From Raillietiella orientalis (lineage: Eukaryota), in contig JAYWIR010000011.1 in NCBI GenBank assembly GCA_036172245.1, positions 4,464,001 to 4,528,000 on the forward strand: a DNA stretch of 64,000 nucleotides. The letters run 5' to 3'. This document shows, in pieces, positions 63,315 to 64,000 of the stretch; the stretch's first letter is position 1, and every line of letters begins with the position of its first letter. The notes beneath the pieces were generated by a model that was not told where the DNA came from, made no database searches, and saw only the letters and a program-made list of their open reading frames with translations. The position numbers and the translations under genes were made by a program.

Positions 63315-64000
63315 GCCTGCGACAACCCACAGTCGACCGATCTGTAGAGAGGGACCCATTTAAGCAGAAGAGTGGACAGTTGAATCTGCACGTGGAAGAG
63401 ACGAGCGGATAGTCGGAAAAAAAAAAAGCCTTGCATTGGCTGGGACCGTGGCATCCTGTGAACTGCAAGCTGAGGTGCTCATCGCCGCAGAGGTGGCGTC
63501 CAGCCAACGAGCCCGTGTCTTGCTTCAGGTGCCCCAGGGGGCTTGCCCCAAAAAGCTGTTTCCAGTGCCATTTTTTCATCGCTTCTGCAACTGTTCTTGG
63601 ACATCTTCGCCACCCTTAGTTCTTGGGAATTCCAGGACAGTAATGGTTGTTTTTTTTCCTGAATGAGGACTCCGGGCGCGTCACCTTTGACCTCGGTGAA
63701 AGCCATGCGAAGAGGCAGCCCCGAAATAAAGGCAGTTCGTCGCCATGCTCCAGATCCTCGCGCCAGTGGGGAACTCGCGGATTCGGTGAACGACACGAAA
63801 TGGAGAAAGAAGGCGTGGGCAAGAACAGCTGGATTGGGGGTCGGACCACACGTCCGGTCTCGAGTACGCTTCCTGCCTGCACCCTTGCTTGCCCGCGAAG
63901 GTGCACGGGGGAGTTGGCCCCATGGAGCGAAGGGAGCGGGGGTCACAAGCGACTCCCGGGTCGTATAACCTCCGCTGCAAAGGACTTGGTGTGGTTATCT

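Noticed and set aside
1..64000. CRISPR array, rRNA or prokaryotic operon
   Set aside because: No regularly spaced repeats or rRNA motifs; spliceosomal introns show the DNA is eukaryotic.

Overview
Eukaryotic genomic DNA, most likely from an arthropod (inferred from the UBE2R/CDC34 and Vps34 sequences). It has two kinds of compartment. An AT-rich, partly CpG-poor core (~25.5-43 kb) holds three housekeeping genes, mostly with very short 41-50 nt introns: UBE2R/CDC34 (+), PIK3C3/Vps34 (+) and a divergent PMF1/Nnf1-like gene (-). A secreted CAP/antigen-5 gene (-, 42.6-45.7 kb) lies at its edge. The GC- and CpG-rich flanks (~1-25 kb, ~47-64 kb) look like nonsense in the ORF track but read as decayed elements: Tx1/L1-type LINE pieces, hAT transposase remnants, five copies of a long tRNA-headed SINE-like repeat and two AT-rich TIR elements. 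They also hold a ~99% identical 496-bp inverted repeat and one intact divergent shep/RBMS-like RRM exon. The most striking feature is a dispersed family of intronless, heavily mutated TRIM-NHL-like sequences (NHL beta-propeller, one with a RING) at six or more loci. Gene models were built by hand from GT-AG sites and frame arithmetic. All family assignments for decayed sequences come from by-eye motif recognition and need HMM confirmation.
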